Shown here piece by piece: positions 11,500 through 24,591 of a stretch of 64,000 nt of DNA; the first letter of the stretch is position 1; the number at the start of each line of letters is the position of its first letter. Location of the stretch: the NCBI RefSeq assembly GCF_006345805.1, contig NC_043023.1, positions 5,208,001 through 5,272,000 of the forward strand. Reading direction: 5' to 3'. The position numbers and the translations under genes are program-made. Source of the DNA: Octopus sinensis (Eukaryota). Under the pieces are notes generated by a model. The model did not search any database. It was not told the DNA's origin and saw nothing but the letters and a program-made list of their open reading frames with translations.

Positions 11500-12425
11500 C
11501 AATGATATGGTGGTGGTGATGGTAGTGATGGTGATGGTGGTAATAGTGCTGGTGCTGTTGGTGATGGTTGATGTGGTGGTTGCAGTGGTGACAGAGATGG
11601 TTGTGACAGTGCTAGTGGTGGTGGTAGTAGTAGAGGTGATGGTAGAGGTGGTGGTTGTAGTGATTGTGTTGGTAGTAGTAGTTGCGACCGTGCTGGTGGT
11701 AGTAGTTGTGGTCGTGCTTGCAGTAGTGTTGATGATGGTGGTGGTGGTAGTGACAGTGCTAGTGGTCATGGTAGTGGTAGAGTGGTGTTGTTGTGGTGGT
11801 AGTAGTCGTGGTGACGGTGGTAGTGATGTTGATACAATCTATCACTAATTCCACCTACAGCTACTGAATACCACCACTACCACCACCACTATGTTACATC
11901 TGTGATATACACACAATGATTATGATGATGATGTTGACTGTGATGCTGATAAAAGCTAGTAACTACTACCACTGCCACCCCATCATCACCGTAACAGTCA
12001 CCATTACCATGATGAAGAGGATGATAATGATGATAGTGATGTTGATATCAGCTACCACCACAACCACCACCACCACCACCACTACTACCACTACCAATAC
12101 TGTACAGCTGTGATATACATGGTGATGATGATGATGGCAATATCAGCCACCACCACCACCACCACCGCCACCACTGCTGCCACCGCCGCCGCCACCACCA
12201 CCACCACCGCCACCACCAGCATCACCACCACCACCACCACCACCGCCGCCGCCGCCACCACCACCGCCACCACCGCCACCATCAGCATCACCACCGCCAC
12301 CGCCACCGCCACCGCTGCTGCCACCGCCGCCACCACCACCGCCACCACCAGCATCATCACCACCACCACCACCACCACCACCACCGCCGCCGCCGCCGCC
12401 ACCATTGCCAACGGGTTACAGCTGT
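11500..12425. repeat. Complex (GGT/GAT) then (CAC/CGC) trinucleotide tracts
   Basis: Direct reading; poly-V/T/A ORFs are artefacts. Confidence 0.9.
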
Positions 12426-12744
12426 GATATACACGTGACAGAAAGGTATTCACTTCTTCAAAGTCAAACCAACTTTTTACCTGCTCAATAACATGATTTT
12501 TACCATTCTTATTATATACCTAACTGCCTATCAACTTATCTGGCTGTCTAGCAGTGCGTCTGTCTGTGCATCTGTCCATGTGTGTGTGTGTGTGTGTGTG
12601 TGTTGCTTTGTTTATCAGTCCATTAGTGTCAGATTAGCTTTCTATAAGAGTATTTATATCCAAATACACACACACACACACACACACACACATGTGTATG
12701 CATATCTGTATATATAAATGAATGTGTGTATATATCGAGAATGA

Positions 12745-12746
12745 GC

Positions 12747-12812
<66 letters not shown>

Positions 12813-12854
12813 CAGACAGACAATTAGATAGATAGATAGATAGATAGATAGATA
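12745..12854. repeat. (GATA)n microsatellite abutting assembly gap
   Basis: Direct reading. Confidence 0.95.
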
Positions 12855-12954
12855 NNNNNNNNNNNNNNNNNNNNNNNNNNNNNNNNNNNNNNNNNNNNNN
12901 NNNNNNNNNNNNNNNNNNNNNNNNNNNNNNNNNNNNNNNNNNNNNNNNNNNNNN
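12855..12954. other. Scaffold gap (100 N)
   Basis: Run of exactly 100 N. Confidence 1.
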
Positions 12955-13046
12955 GAGTAATTCATTTTAGTACCACTAAGTCGAACTTCTCTCCTCTGTG
13001 GACTCAGAAATAACTTCCCTAATATGAATATCAATTATATATATAT

Positions 13047-13166
13047 ATCACGTGATCACGTGACCGACCAGACCATCAGAAGTTGTTACACATCGCTGGT
13101 CACAATGCGTTCGCATTGTTTTAGCTTTCAAATGACGCCACCCCGCTGGCTAAGCGAGCAGGCCAA
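13047..13166 (-). mobile_element. Short element with RTE-type 3' tail (ctggtcggtca-cgtgatc-acgtgat)
   Basis: 3' ~45 nt similar to the RTE end at 42986-43030; TA-flanked. Confidence 0.6.
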
Positions 13167-13193
13167 TATATATATATATATGCAGGGTGCAGT

Positions 13194-13340
13194 GAATAAA
13201 CTGTCTTCTAAATTACACAAAAATGAAAGCACCACCGACATCTCATTTTAACAGACATATTTACCAAAATGACATAAGAATATCTTGAAATACTAAAGAG
13301 TAAATTTATTCAACAAAATCGCCATTGGCTTCAACCTTGG
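13194..13340. mobile_element. Possible Tc1/mariner-type terminal fragment
   Basis: Starts cagggtg after a TA tract, as does tacagggtg at ~38140; no partner TIR or transposase seen. Confidence 0.25.
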
Positions 13341-13644
13341 CCTCCAGATGAATTTGCCAACCCCCACCTGTTTCCAAACAAGGTAATATTACCCTACAAC
13401 CGGACATGTTTTCATGGAAGACTAGGAGCAAAGGACACTACCTGCAGGAAAGTGTTTGTCTAGGAGAGACAGAAATGCTAGTTTTTAGGGAAAAGACAGG
13501 GGCAAACCAAATAATTTTGCTTGGTCTATTTTTAGGTTCCTTCCCCGTCTTATTCTGATTAATACTAGAGGGGTTATGTATTACTTTATCTTTAATGCCA
13601 CTAGATCTATTATCAATATTTTTACTATTAATATTTTAGACAAT

Positions 13645-13827
13645 AGGCGTAGGAATGGCTGTGTGGTAAGTAGCTTGCTTACAAACCATGTGGTTCTGAG
13701 TTCAATCCCACTGCGTGGCACCTTGGGCAATGTCTTCTACTATAGCCTCAGGCCGACCAAAGCCTTGTGAGTGGATTTGGTAGATAGAAACTGAAAGAAG
13801 CCTGTTGTATAGATGTATATCTATATC

Positions 13828-13874
<47 letters not shown>

Positions 13875-14075
13875 TTGTGTGTCTGCGTTTGTCCCCCCAA
13901 CATCGCTTGACAACCAATGCTAGTGTATTTACATCCCTGTAACTTAGCAGTTTGGCAAAGGAGACTGATAGAATAAGTACTAGGCTTACAAAAAATAAGT
14001 CCTGGGGTCGATTTGCTCAACTAAAGGTGGTGCTCAAGCATGGCCGCAGTCAAATGACTGAAACAAATAAAAGAG
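13645..14075 (+). mobile_element. tRNA-derived SINE family A, near full length
   Basis: tRNA-like head, internal (TA)/(TG) microsatellite, 3' gcagtcaaatgactgaaacaaataaaagag. Confidence 0.9.
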
Positions 14076-14457
14076 TATCATTAGAGGGATTATATATTAA
14101 TTTATCTTTGAAGCTACTATTGTCTAGGGCATTGTTATAATAGGGGACAGCTTCCTTGAAAAGTTTTTAGAAGTGAGGTTAGACACTCTGTTACTAATAT
14201 TAGCTATCAGGTTTTTAAAATATTACAGAAGGGTGACAAGACTATTTATGTATATATGCAAGTTTCTGATTAGGCTTATGGAAAGGTTTACATGAGGAGG
14301 AGTTTATATCTAGGAAAACATTTGAATAATCAACTATAGAGGGATTAGTAGCCATGGTAATTTTTTAAATTTCAGCATTTTCTATATGCTGCCTTCTTAG
14401 TTTTATTGTGTTTCTTCTATTATTCAATTTTTTTTACTTCACTATGATATGTGGTTT

Positions 14458-14511
14458 GTGCCTGATGAATATGTTTGAGTATTTCTCAACATATGAAACT
14501 ATTAGTAGCAC
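14458..14511 (+). ncRNA. Type-I hammerhead ribozyme with canonical core
   Basis: gtgc CUGAUGA atatgtt-tgagtatttctc-aacatat GAAA cta-t-tag UA|gcac; stems I-III all pair; GUA site after 14507. Confidence 0.7.
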
Positions 14512-15062
14512 TTAAATACATGTGCTCTGCCCTTTAGATAAATAATATATATACAAACAATAACTATAACAATCTTGAACATGGAGACTTGTTCCTCCTC
14601 AAAATTTATTTCCTCTTATTTTACAATTTTATACAGCATATCTTTACGGTCTTTATGGTAGTTGCAGATGCAACTTGGCACAAGTTTTGGTGCAGCTTCT
14701 TCAGGGTGTATCCATTTGGCTAGTTTCATAACTAGCCAAATGGACCCTAAAGAAGCTGCAAGATTCCACACGTTTATATACATACACACACACATACATA
14801 CATATATATACATATACACATGTATATATACATATACACACATATATACATAAACACATACATATATACATAAACACATACATATATATACATATATATA
14901 TATATATATACATACATATATGCATACATATATGCATATATATATATATGTTTTTTTAATTTTTCCTCTGATTTCGGAATTACTACTATTTGCGGTTGGA
15001 GCCCTGGCTGCTATTTCTAGTGGGTCGAACGGCCTATTATAGCCGTTCCTCAATTGTTGTTG

Positions 15063-15094
<32 letters not shown>

Positions 15095-15689
15095 TACACA
15101 CATATACATATACACACACACATACATATATGCAAGCATCTATATGTACGTGTCTGTCTGTGTTTATGCATATATACTCACACACACACCTGTTCCAACT
15201 CTCTCTCTCCCCACCACATACCCACTAATGTAATCTGATCTACCCAACATGTCGCTATGTCTCTTCAATGACAGACCTTCCACTCTCGCCCACCCCCACC
15301 GATCCTACACTTAACAACCACCCACTCACTCAGATACAGATACAGATCTGATCTACTTACACCTTCTCTAACTTAAATGTTTGCATATCTAAACCGAGGT
15401 CTCACTGATAAAATATTAATTTTCCACACTATTAACTTCATCTTTAGAATGTTACATCTAAAAAATAACATTTACAATCTTCCTCCTCCTCCTCATCATC
15501 ATCACCATAATTATCAACACTTATTGAATACATCCGTCATCTGTCGTAGTCGATGCCATTTGATACTCTTACAAGAAACAGAAACCTGCTGATCTATCTT
15601 CATCTCTACAATGACATGCCATGTTTTTTTGGCAAGCTATTTATGGCTGGATTTTCTTCTTTTTAGGAGTCACCTTACCTCATGGATGG

Positions 15690-16000
15690 ACTAAATATAT
15701 TTCATTGTGTTGTCCACATTAGAAGATTGTCTGTGGCAAGACCAACAACACTCCTGAACCCTGAATTTCATAATTCAGTTGTTAGTTGTCAGAGCACAAC
15801 ATCCTTCAAAACTTCCATGCTTCCTGAGATTCGCCAACACTACACCTGATTTTCTCCCCTCCATACACACACGAGCATGTATCTGACTCATACACTGTTT
15901 GCTTTCCAGACATTTGTACATTACTGCATATGCTTTATATGCACTTTTGACTAGTTGTGGTGCACCTGAGCACTGTATACAATAATTTCATTATTATTAT
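15690..16000 (+). mobile_element. LINE 3' end with (ATT)n tail
   Basis: Ends gttgtggtgcacctgagcactgtatacaataatttcattattattat; LINE-like 3' structure, clade not determined. Confidence 0.5.
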
Positions 16001-16500
16001 AATCACTTAGGCTATTTTTAATGCAGATTATCAAAGCCACATATTCTCCCATTTTTTAGGCATGGCTGGATGGTAAGAAACTTGCTTCCCAACCACATGG
16101 TTCTGGGTTCAGTCCTACTTGGCACCTTGGGTAAGGGTATTTTACAATAGCCTTGGGCTGACCAAAGCTTTAGGAGAGGATTTGGTAGATGGAAATTGAA
16201 AGAAGCCTGCCATATGTCTATGTATGTGTGTGTGTGTGTATGCTCCTGAACCAGTTGTTAAGTATCCCAGAGGATACTTAACAATAATAAGGATAATAAA
16301 GAGGAGATGTTCTCTTTAAAACTATTAACAGTTTGCAATTTAGTTGAGAACTGAATTAGTGGTGAAGCTTTGAAGTTGCTGCGATTGACGAAATGGTTGA
16401 CTGATATAATATATATATGGAGCAAATATTGGTTGGCATCCTTTTTGTCTCGGGAGACAATGGAGTTGCACATAAAATAATCTAGTCCGGCTTTTACATT

Positions 16501-16923
16501 TCATGTCCTAATACATCTGCTGTGGCTGTGTAGTCCTATCCTGGACAAACACTCCCTCTGGCAGGTGCTGCAAATGCAGCGAAGACTGTTCCTGGCTGGT
16601 TGTAATGTCATAGTTTCTTGTTGACGTCTTTTCTTGTCTTTCCATTTCTCCTTTCTCCCTCTGTCACTCCTTTGTGTTCCCTCTTTTACGGTCCGTCGCC
16701 AATCTCCACGGTTGCTGGCAACTGCTTCCCAGATGCTAATATTGATGCCGCAGGCCTTCATGTCCCTTTTGCAAACATCCTTGTAATGTAAGAACGGTCT
16801 TTCCACAGACCTAGTACCCCTAGCAAGCTCTCCGTAGAGTATGTCCTTGGGGATTCTGCCATCTTCCATATGGCTAACATATCCAAGCCATCTCATACGT
16901 CTTTGTGTGAGGAGTGCAAACAT
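16501..16923 (-). mobile_element. RTE (BovB-like) ORF2 C-terminus with terminal C2H2 finger
   Basis: QRRMRWLGYVSHMEDGRIPKDILYGELARGTRSVERPFLHYKDVCKRDMKACGI...CSTCQRECLSRIGLHSHSR. Confidence 0.9.
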
Positions 16924-17404
16924 GCTTAGAGAATATTTATATAGAATTTTTTTTCGATCTGTTGTTTTCTGTTGTTATTTTCAGTGTAATTATTGGTGGC
17001 TTAATGAGGGTTTTAACTCTTATATCTAGCAGGCAGGCACATTCGTGTGCCCTTATGATAGGAATTCTAATTATATGGCTATATAATGCTAATTTAGGCC
17101 TGCAACCACTCATATTATTATTGCTGTTATTACCAATTATTTATATTGCCCTTGATAATAACAACAATAATAATATTTATATAAATATTCACTTTTGAAT
17201 ATTTGCTCTGTATAGATACTGTTCACACTGGAGCTGCTATGATTTGGCACAAAACAATTCAGAGGGCCAGCAGATTTCAATGTAGCGGGTTGGGAAGATT
17301 TTTTTTAAATGGTTGACATGTGCTGAGAAAGGTAAGATTTATGTCAAACCAGAAACTGGTCTACATGTATACTAATACCAAGAAATATATAGCATTCTGT
17401 TATA

Positions 17405-17700
17405 TAGGTATGTGTGGAGGTGCAATGGCCCAGTTGGTAGGGCAGCAGACTCGTGGTTTCGATTCTCAGACCAGGCGTTGTGTGTGTTTATTGAGCAAAA
17501 ACACCTAAAGCTACACGAGGCTCTGGTAGGGGGTGGTGGCGACCCCTGTTGTACTCTTTCACCCCAACTTTCTCTCACTATCTCTTCCTGTTTCTTGAGT
17601 AACACTGCAATGGACTGGCGTCCTGTCCAGCTGGAGGTGGGGGACATATATGCCACAGAAACTGGGAAACTGGGCCCATGAGCCTGGTTAGGCTTGAAAA
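17405..17700 (+). mobile_element. tRNA-derived SINE with V-domain-like core
   Basis: Head ggtgcaatggcccagttggtagggc...ggtttcgattc; core tgcaatggactggcgtcctgtccag...atgccacagaaactggg; related copy 43270-43480. Confidence 0.6.
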
Positions 17701-17903
17701 GATACATAAATAATATATAGGTATGTGAAGGAGTTTTTTTCGATCCATTTGCCCAAATATTGTTGTTTCCTGTTGTTATTTTCAGTGTTATTATTGGTGG
17801 TCTAATGAGGGTTTTAACTCTTATGTTTAGCAGGCAGGCACATTTGTGTGCCCTTATGATATGAATTTTAATATATATATATATATGGTTCAAATGTCCA
17901 GAA

Positions 17904-17940
<37 letters not shown>

Positions 17941-18098
17941 ATATATAAGAGAAAAAAATCAATCAGAAAGGAACTCTATCTCTATCTCACTAAAATATCT
18001 TTTGATAAGCATAACAAATGCGCAACCGGTAAAGAACTTTCAGCTAATTAAATACACTCTCCCTTACTTAAATTATTTTGCCAGCATTTCTTAATTTC

Positions 18099-18144
<46 letters not shown>

Positions 18145-18335
18145 TTCAAATGTACAGAAAACAAAAGACAGAGACAGGTGAAGGAACAATAAGCAATTAG
18201 TTTGATGCTCAAGAAAAATGGAAGAAGTCTTTGACATTTCAAATTTGTGCTCTTCAACATGAGGGAAAAAATGGAGAGGAAAAATACAGAGAGAGAAAAA
18301 AATAAACGTGTCTGGATTAATGGTTCCATCTGTTG

Positions 18336-18374
<39 letters not shown>

Positions 18375-19053
18375 GGTGTGTTGATATAACTGTGGGTTGT
18401 CTAGATGCATATCTGACTATATATGAATGCCTGTACATATATTCTTACGGATAGATCTGCTTACTCCAATTCTATATCTGTTTAAAGCTTTTCTATATCT
18501 GAGAATACCCATCAGTATACACATTTTAAAATTAACCTTTTATTATCAACCAAGGTCGACTTTGCCTTTCATCCTTTTGGGGTCGATAAATTAAGTACCA
18601 GTTACGCACTGGAGCCGATGTAATCGACTTAATACCTTTGTCTGTCCTTGTTTGTCTCTTCAATGTTTATCCCCCTGTGGGCAATAAAGAAATAAGAATT
18701 AACCTTATTCTAATTATGGAAGGAGCCCCTGGATTTCATCCCTCACATATAAGCTTTTGCACTGATAATGCTTTTTACGTGTATATGCATAAATGTGTTT
18801 ACCAAAAAAAATTGCACTTAATGTTTGAGTTTCCGAGCATTAATTTTTTAGGTTCAATTTTCTCAACTGATCGATGGGCCAATTGAGTAAACTTATCATT
18901 GATGAACCTAAAATGATACTGGAAAATTTACTACAATAAAGAAAAATATGTAATAACCAGATTGAGGTTCTCAATCTAAACTGTCCGACAAATGGGAGCA
19001 TGAAACTCTGAATAGTAGTTTAGTGTGATACTTTTACAGCTTTAATAATAATA

Positions 19054-19119
<66 letters not shown>

Positions 19120-19126
19120 ACACAGA

Positions 19127-19355
19127 GGTGAGCTGGCAGAAACGTTAGCACGCCGGGCGAAATGCTTAGCAGTTTTTCGTCTGTCTTTACGTTCTGAGTT
19201 CAAATTCCACTGAGGTCGACTTTGCCTTTCATCCTTTTGGGGTCGATAAATTAAGTACCAGTTATGCCCTGGGATCGATGTAATCGACTCAATCCCTTTG
19301 TCTGTCCTTGTTTGTTCCCTCTATGTTTAGCTCCTTGTGGGCAATAAAGAAATAG
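19127..19355 (+). mobile_element. tRNA-derived SINE family B
   Basis: ggtgagctggcagaaacgttagcacgccgggcgaaatgcttagc...gagttcaaattccactgaggtcgactttgcc...ggcaataaagaaata. Confidence 0.9.
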
Positions 19356-20199
19356 GAAATTGTGTAGAAGCCCATCATCATCATCATCATCCTACATTCA
19401 TTTCCCATGCTACCATCCATTAAAGAGCTTGGCTGGAACTGATAATCCGGAGAGCAGCATCATGCTCCAGTCTGATGCCCTTCCTAACACCAACCACTGT
19501 ATAGAGAGTACTGGATGTCTTTTTATATAGATCTTCAATTCTTTGTCATTAGATTGCGGCCATACTGGGGCACAACCTTGAAGAAATCTAGTTGAATGAA
19601 CCAGCCCCAGTACATTTTCTTTAGGCCCGGTATTCCATTAGTCTCTTTTGCCAAACCACTAAGTTCTGAGTACTTAAACACAATATCACTGGTTGTCAAG
19701 CAGTGGTGGAGGACAGACACAGATACAAAGACACACACACACACACACATATATGATGGGCTTCTTTTCAGTTTCCATCTACCTAACTCATAAGGCTTTG
19801 GTCAGTCCAAGGTTATCGTAGAAGACACTTGCCTAAGGCGCCACACAGTTTCCTCCATCAACCAAGGTCTGATGTGGAGACTGTAAATTTGAGCCTACTC
19901 TGCCACACTGGCTCGACATGGCTTGGCAGAAAGATGCAGATTTTACACTCTTACCCAAAAGTAGTTAAGTTGATTAAGTTGATACTGGTACTCAACTGGT
20001 ACTTATTTTATTGGCCCCGCAAGGAGGAAAGGCTAAGTTGACCATAGCAAAATTTGAACTCAGAATGTAAGGATGAATGAAATACTGCTAAGTATTTTGC
20101 CTGGCATGCTAATGGTTCTACCAGCTCACCTCATATATATATGTATGTATGTATGTATACAAATATATATATGCATGTGTGTACATAGGTATGTATGTA

Positions 20200-20257
<58 letters not shown>

Positions 20258-20567
20258 CATATATATATATACATACACACAAATATTTATATATATATAT
20301 ATACATATGTAAGAAAAACTGAAATTTTTATGCCCTGAGGCAATGAGAAAAAAATAGTGTCTGACAACTACATCATCACCACAATAACAACATCCACCTG
20401 AAGGAACAATGAAGTGATTGAAGAAATTCAGAGATTATCTATAAAAAAATTATATGGAGAGTAAACAGAACAATGGAGTTTTGTGGTAAGAGAGAGAAAG
20501 AGAGTGTGTGTGTACGTATGTGTATATATATATGTATGTATATATCATATATATAGCATATATATAT

Positions 20568-20615
<48 letters not shown>

Positions 20616-20688
20616 TATATATCATATATATATATATATCATATATCTATATATATATATATCATATATCTATATATATATATATCAT

Positions 20689-20756
<68 letters not shown>

Positions 20757-21009
20757 TACACATACATACACACATATATATATATCATATATACATTATA
20801 TATATACTGTATTTATATATATGGGGATATACACTTATACATATCATATGGTGGGCGTGCATATGAAGTTATGTAACTTTGTCTTGAGAAATCCTGCTGT
20901 GGCAACTGTTGATTTAATGTGTGAATAAAGTGTGTGTCTGTGTGTATTGACTGAGTAAATATAAGAAGACGTAAATTTGCATACATACACAGGTATGAAT
21001 TGGTGCTCC

Positions 21010-21930
21010 GTCGGTTATGACAACGAGGGTTCTAGTTTATCTGATAAACAAAGCATCTTGCTTATGAAATTAATGTGCAAGTGGCTGAGTACTCCACAGA
21101 CACATTTACACTTAATGTAGTTCTCAGGGAGATTTAGCATGACACAGATGTGACAAGGTTGGTCCCTTTGAAATATGGATACTACTAATTTTTGCCAGCT
21201 GAGTGGATTGGGACAACATAAAATAACTGCTACTCCATTGGTTACAATGACAAAGGTTCTAGTTGATCCGATCAATGGAACAGCCTGATAGTGAAATTAA
21301 CGTACAAGTGGCTGAGTATTCAACAGACATGCATATCCTGAGGGAGATTCAGCATGACACAGAATGTGATAAGGTTGGACCTTTGAAATAAAAGTATTAC
21401 TCATATTTGCCAGCTGAGTGGACTGGAGGAGGAGGAGACCCCCTTCGGCCATGAATGACCATGGGATTGTAACTAGAAAGTTACTCTCCAAGGCACAAGT
21501 CCGGGCAAGGTTGTTTTATGGAAGACCAGCAGTCACCCATGCATACCAACCTCCTCTCTCCACACCCCTGATGTTATCCAAGGGAAAGGAAAAGGGGCCG
21601 ATACAGCTTGGCACCTGTGACCTCACAACTCATTTCTACAGCTGAGTGAACTGAAGCAATGTGAAATAAAGTGTCTTGTTCAAGAACACAACTCACAGCC
21701 CAGTCCAGGAATCGAACTCATAGCCTCACGATCGTAAGCTCTATGCTCTAACCACTGAGCCATGCGCATGTGGACTGGAGTAATGTGAAATAAAGTGTCT
21801 TGCTCAAGAACACAACACACAGCCCGGTCCGGGAATCGAACTCACTACCTCACGATTGTAAGCTCGACACTCTAACCACTGAGCCACACTCATGTGGACT
21901 GGAGTAATGTGAAATAAAGTATCTTACTCA
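21010..21930 (-). mobile_element. Cluster of CORE-like tRNA SINE pieces (family C) with tandemly duplicated heads/tails
   Basis: Repeated agctgagtg(a/g)actggag..atgtgaaataaagtgtcttgctcaagaacacaac...gggaatcgaactc (revcomp of B-box + CORE-like domain). Confidence 0.75.
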
Positions 21931-22254
21931 TGCGCATGTGTGTGAGTGTGAGTGTGTGAGAGAGTGTGTGTGTGTATGTGTGTGAACGTGCATATGTTTG
22001 TTTTTCTTACTTTGGCATTGTGTGGTAGTTGTAAATGATTGTCACTGTGATGCAACCAGTGTTATTCATTCCCAGTATTCTGTGAAATAAGTGTCTTGTT
22101 CAAGAAGACGAGGGTTCTGGTTGGAATAATCCAGGGAACAGCTTGCAGGTGAAATTAAGGGACAAGGCTAGCCCTTTGAATTACAGGTATGGCTCATTTT
22201 GCCAACTGCATTTTATAAGTGTGGGTGGAATTAATTTAAGTGGAGCAGGAGGGA

Positions 22255-22274
22255 GGAAGGGAGGGAGAGTGAGT

Positions 22275-22320
<46 letters not shown>

Positions 22321-22490
22321 AAGAAAGAGAAAGAGAGAGAGAGTGAGTGAGAGAGAGAGAGAAAGAGAGAGATAGAAGGAGAGAGAGAAAGAGAGAAAGA
22401 GAGAAAGAAGGAGGAGAGAAAGAGAGAAAGAGAGAAAGAAGGAGGAGAGAGAGAGAGAGAGGGAGAGAGAGAGAGAGAGAGAGAGAAAGG
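22255..22490. repeat. (GA)n purine microsatellite
   Basis: Direct reading. Confidence 0.95.
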
Positions 22491-22721
22491 TACTGCTGAC
22501 AGTGTCACAGTGTGCCCTCAAGGATCAAGAAAACAAATAGATGAGAGAAGTGGGGCAGAAGAGAAGGAAGGATAGGTGGGGATAGATGGTTAGAGGTGGG
22601 GAGTGAATGGTAAACAAGGGTGGATTGCAATTGATGATAAACATGAGTTGCAGGAAAAGTTGTGGTGAGGAGGTGATGACTGGCAGTTCAGAAAGAGTGG
22701 AAGCAGAAGAAAAGGGAATCT

Positions 22722-23320
22722 TTTATCTTCTATCTTTTACTTGTTTTAGTCATTTGGCTGTGGCCATGCTGGGGCACTGCCTTGAAGGGTTTTAGTCAAA
22801 CAAATTGACTCCAGGACATATTTTTTTAAGCCTGATACTTATTCACCAGTATATTTTGATGAACTGCTAAGTTATGGGAACAGAAATACACCAAAATTGG
22901 TTGGCAAGCAGTTGCATATGACATACATAGACACAAAGATGCATACACATTGATATATATACTCTTTTACTTGTTTCAGTCATTTGATTGCAGCTATGCT
23001 GGAGCACTGACTTTAATCAAGCAAATCGACCCCGGGACTTATTCTTTGCAAGCCTTGCACTTATTCTATCGGTCTCTTTTGCCGAATCGCTAAGTGACGG
23101 AGACGTAAACACACCAGCATCAGTTGTCAAGCAATGCTAGGGGGACAAACACAGACACACAAACACATACATACATATATATATATATACATATATATGA
23201 CAGGCTTCTTTCAGTTTCCGTCTACCGAATCCACTCACAAGGCATTGGTCGACCCGGAGCTATAGCAGAAGACACTTGCCCAAGATGCCACGCAGTGGGA
23301 CTGAACCCGGAACCATGTAT
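22722..23320 (-). mobile_element. Two stacked SINE family A copies
   Basis: Two successive ttttacttgtttcagtcatttg...gctggagcac 3' ends, then body and head. Confidence 0.8.
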
Positions 23321-24084
23321 ATATAAATATATATACAGTAGAACCTCAATTTACGAACAACTCTGATCATGAATAAATTTTTATATCTATCTATTTATCT
23401 ATCTATCTATATATATATATATACGGTTTAAGTAATTGAGATTCAAGTGAGTTCTAATGAATTCACATGAATATGGTCCTTAACTAGGATGCACCGGAAA
23501 TCTATATGGTGTTAACCATACGACAAGTGGGGTGATTACAAATAGGAAAAAAGCAACAAGAATGGATTAAAATATCGGTACAATTCGTAAATTTTTCCAC
23601 TTTGAAAATATTTATTTATATTATATTGAACACACTGTTTGTATGTGTGTATGTTTGTAATTAACCACTCCTTATTTAAACAGTGAATAACAAACTCTAA
23701 AATATCAGTTTGAAAGCTGCTTTTAACTGAGAAATTCTTTATCAAACTCACCTTTTGTAAACTTATAAACATCTAATTATTAAAGTATAATTATTAAATC
23801 AGAAAAGCCATTTCTATTAATTCTTTTCAAATATAAGGCATCCAGCTGTAAAAATTCTGTCAAAACAGTCACAAAAGTCTGGTGGAGGCTTCGGCCTGGC
23901 CAACTCTTGTGGTACCATCTCACTCATGCTAGCATGGAAGATGGATGTTAAATGATGATGATGATGATGATACTGTACCAAGAATTTTCTATTTCTTATT
24001 CTACTGTGTGTTTGTGTGTGTGTCTGTATACATATATCTCAAGTTTTAACAACATTACAAACACACATCCTATGTTTTATATAT

Positions 24085-24560
24085 ATATATATATAAAACA
24101 CAGGATGTGTGTTTGTAATGTTAAAACTTGAGATCTACCCAACTGATTTTAATGAAATTTTATATATGCATTACATAGGGTCCATGGAGTGTAATGGGCC
24201 AAAAAAAAACTTTCAATATCTTGTCTAATGTAGGCCTTGGGCCAGATAAAACCACATTCTTTAAGCATTTTTGCAGCATTAAGGCCCGTAACTTGAAGGG
24301 TATCCAGTCACTTTCCTCCAAATTTGCAACAAACATTAATCAGGCTCCTTGAATTGCTGTTGACTAAAACAAATTTCCGATGCTGAATATAGCCCCCCCC
24401 CCTCGAACCATAAATGCAGATTAATCAGATTTGAATATACTGCACTGAGTTTTATCTTTGTTTTAGACCATCTTCCGATGGTAAAATATTGACACTACTT
24501 ATGCATTATAAGTAGTGTATAATATTTCATGGAAACCTTTTTGTCCAATTTGGCAGAGGA
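24085..24560 (+). mobile_element. Probable non-autonomous Helitron-like fragment
   Basis: tatatataaaac...ggatgtgtgtttgt...ctgattttaatgaaattt start resembles 60177 element; 3' end not recognised. Confidence 0.4.
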
Positions 24561-24591
24561 AATGAGAAGAACATTAAAATTTTTGTAGGTT

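Noticed and set aside
12974-13018. GKLFLSPQRREVRLSG resembling MEI1 GKLYSSP...LSG
   Set aside because: Wrong order in the gene, weak splice sites, and that region is already covered by exon 58800-58597
14616-14770. Apparent protein tail WNLAASLGSIWLVMKLAKWIHPEEAAPK
   Set aside because: Sequence is a DNA hairpin (14690-14760) of repeat origin without splice signals
20073-20876. Long YI/HT/CV-repeat ORFs here and at 45696-46009, 51869-52815, 58009-58676
   Set aside because: Translations of (TA)n/(CA)n microsatellites; only the tail of ORF 58379-58744 overlaps a real exon
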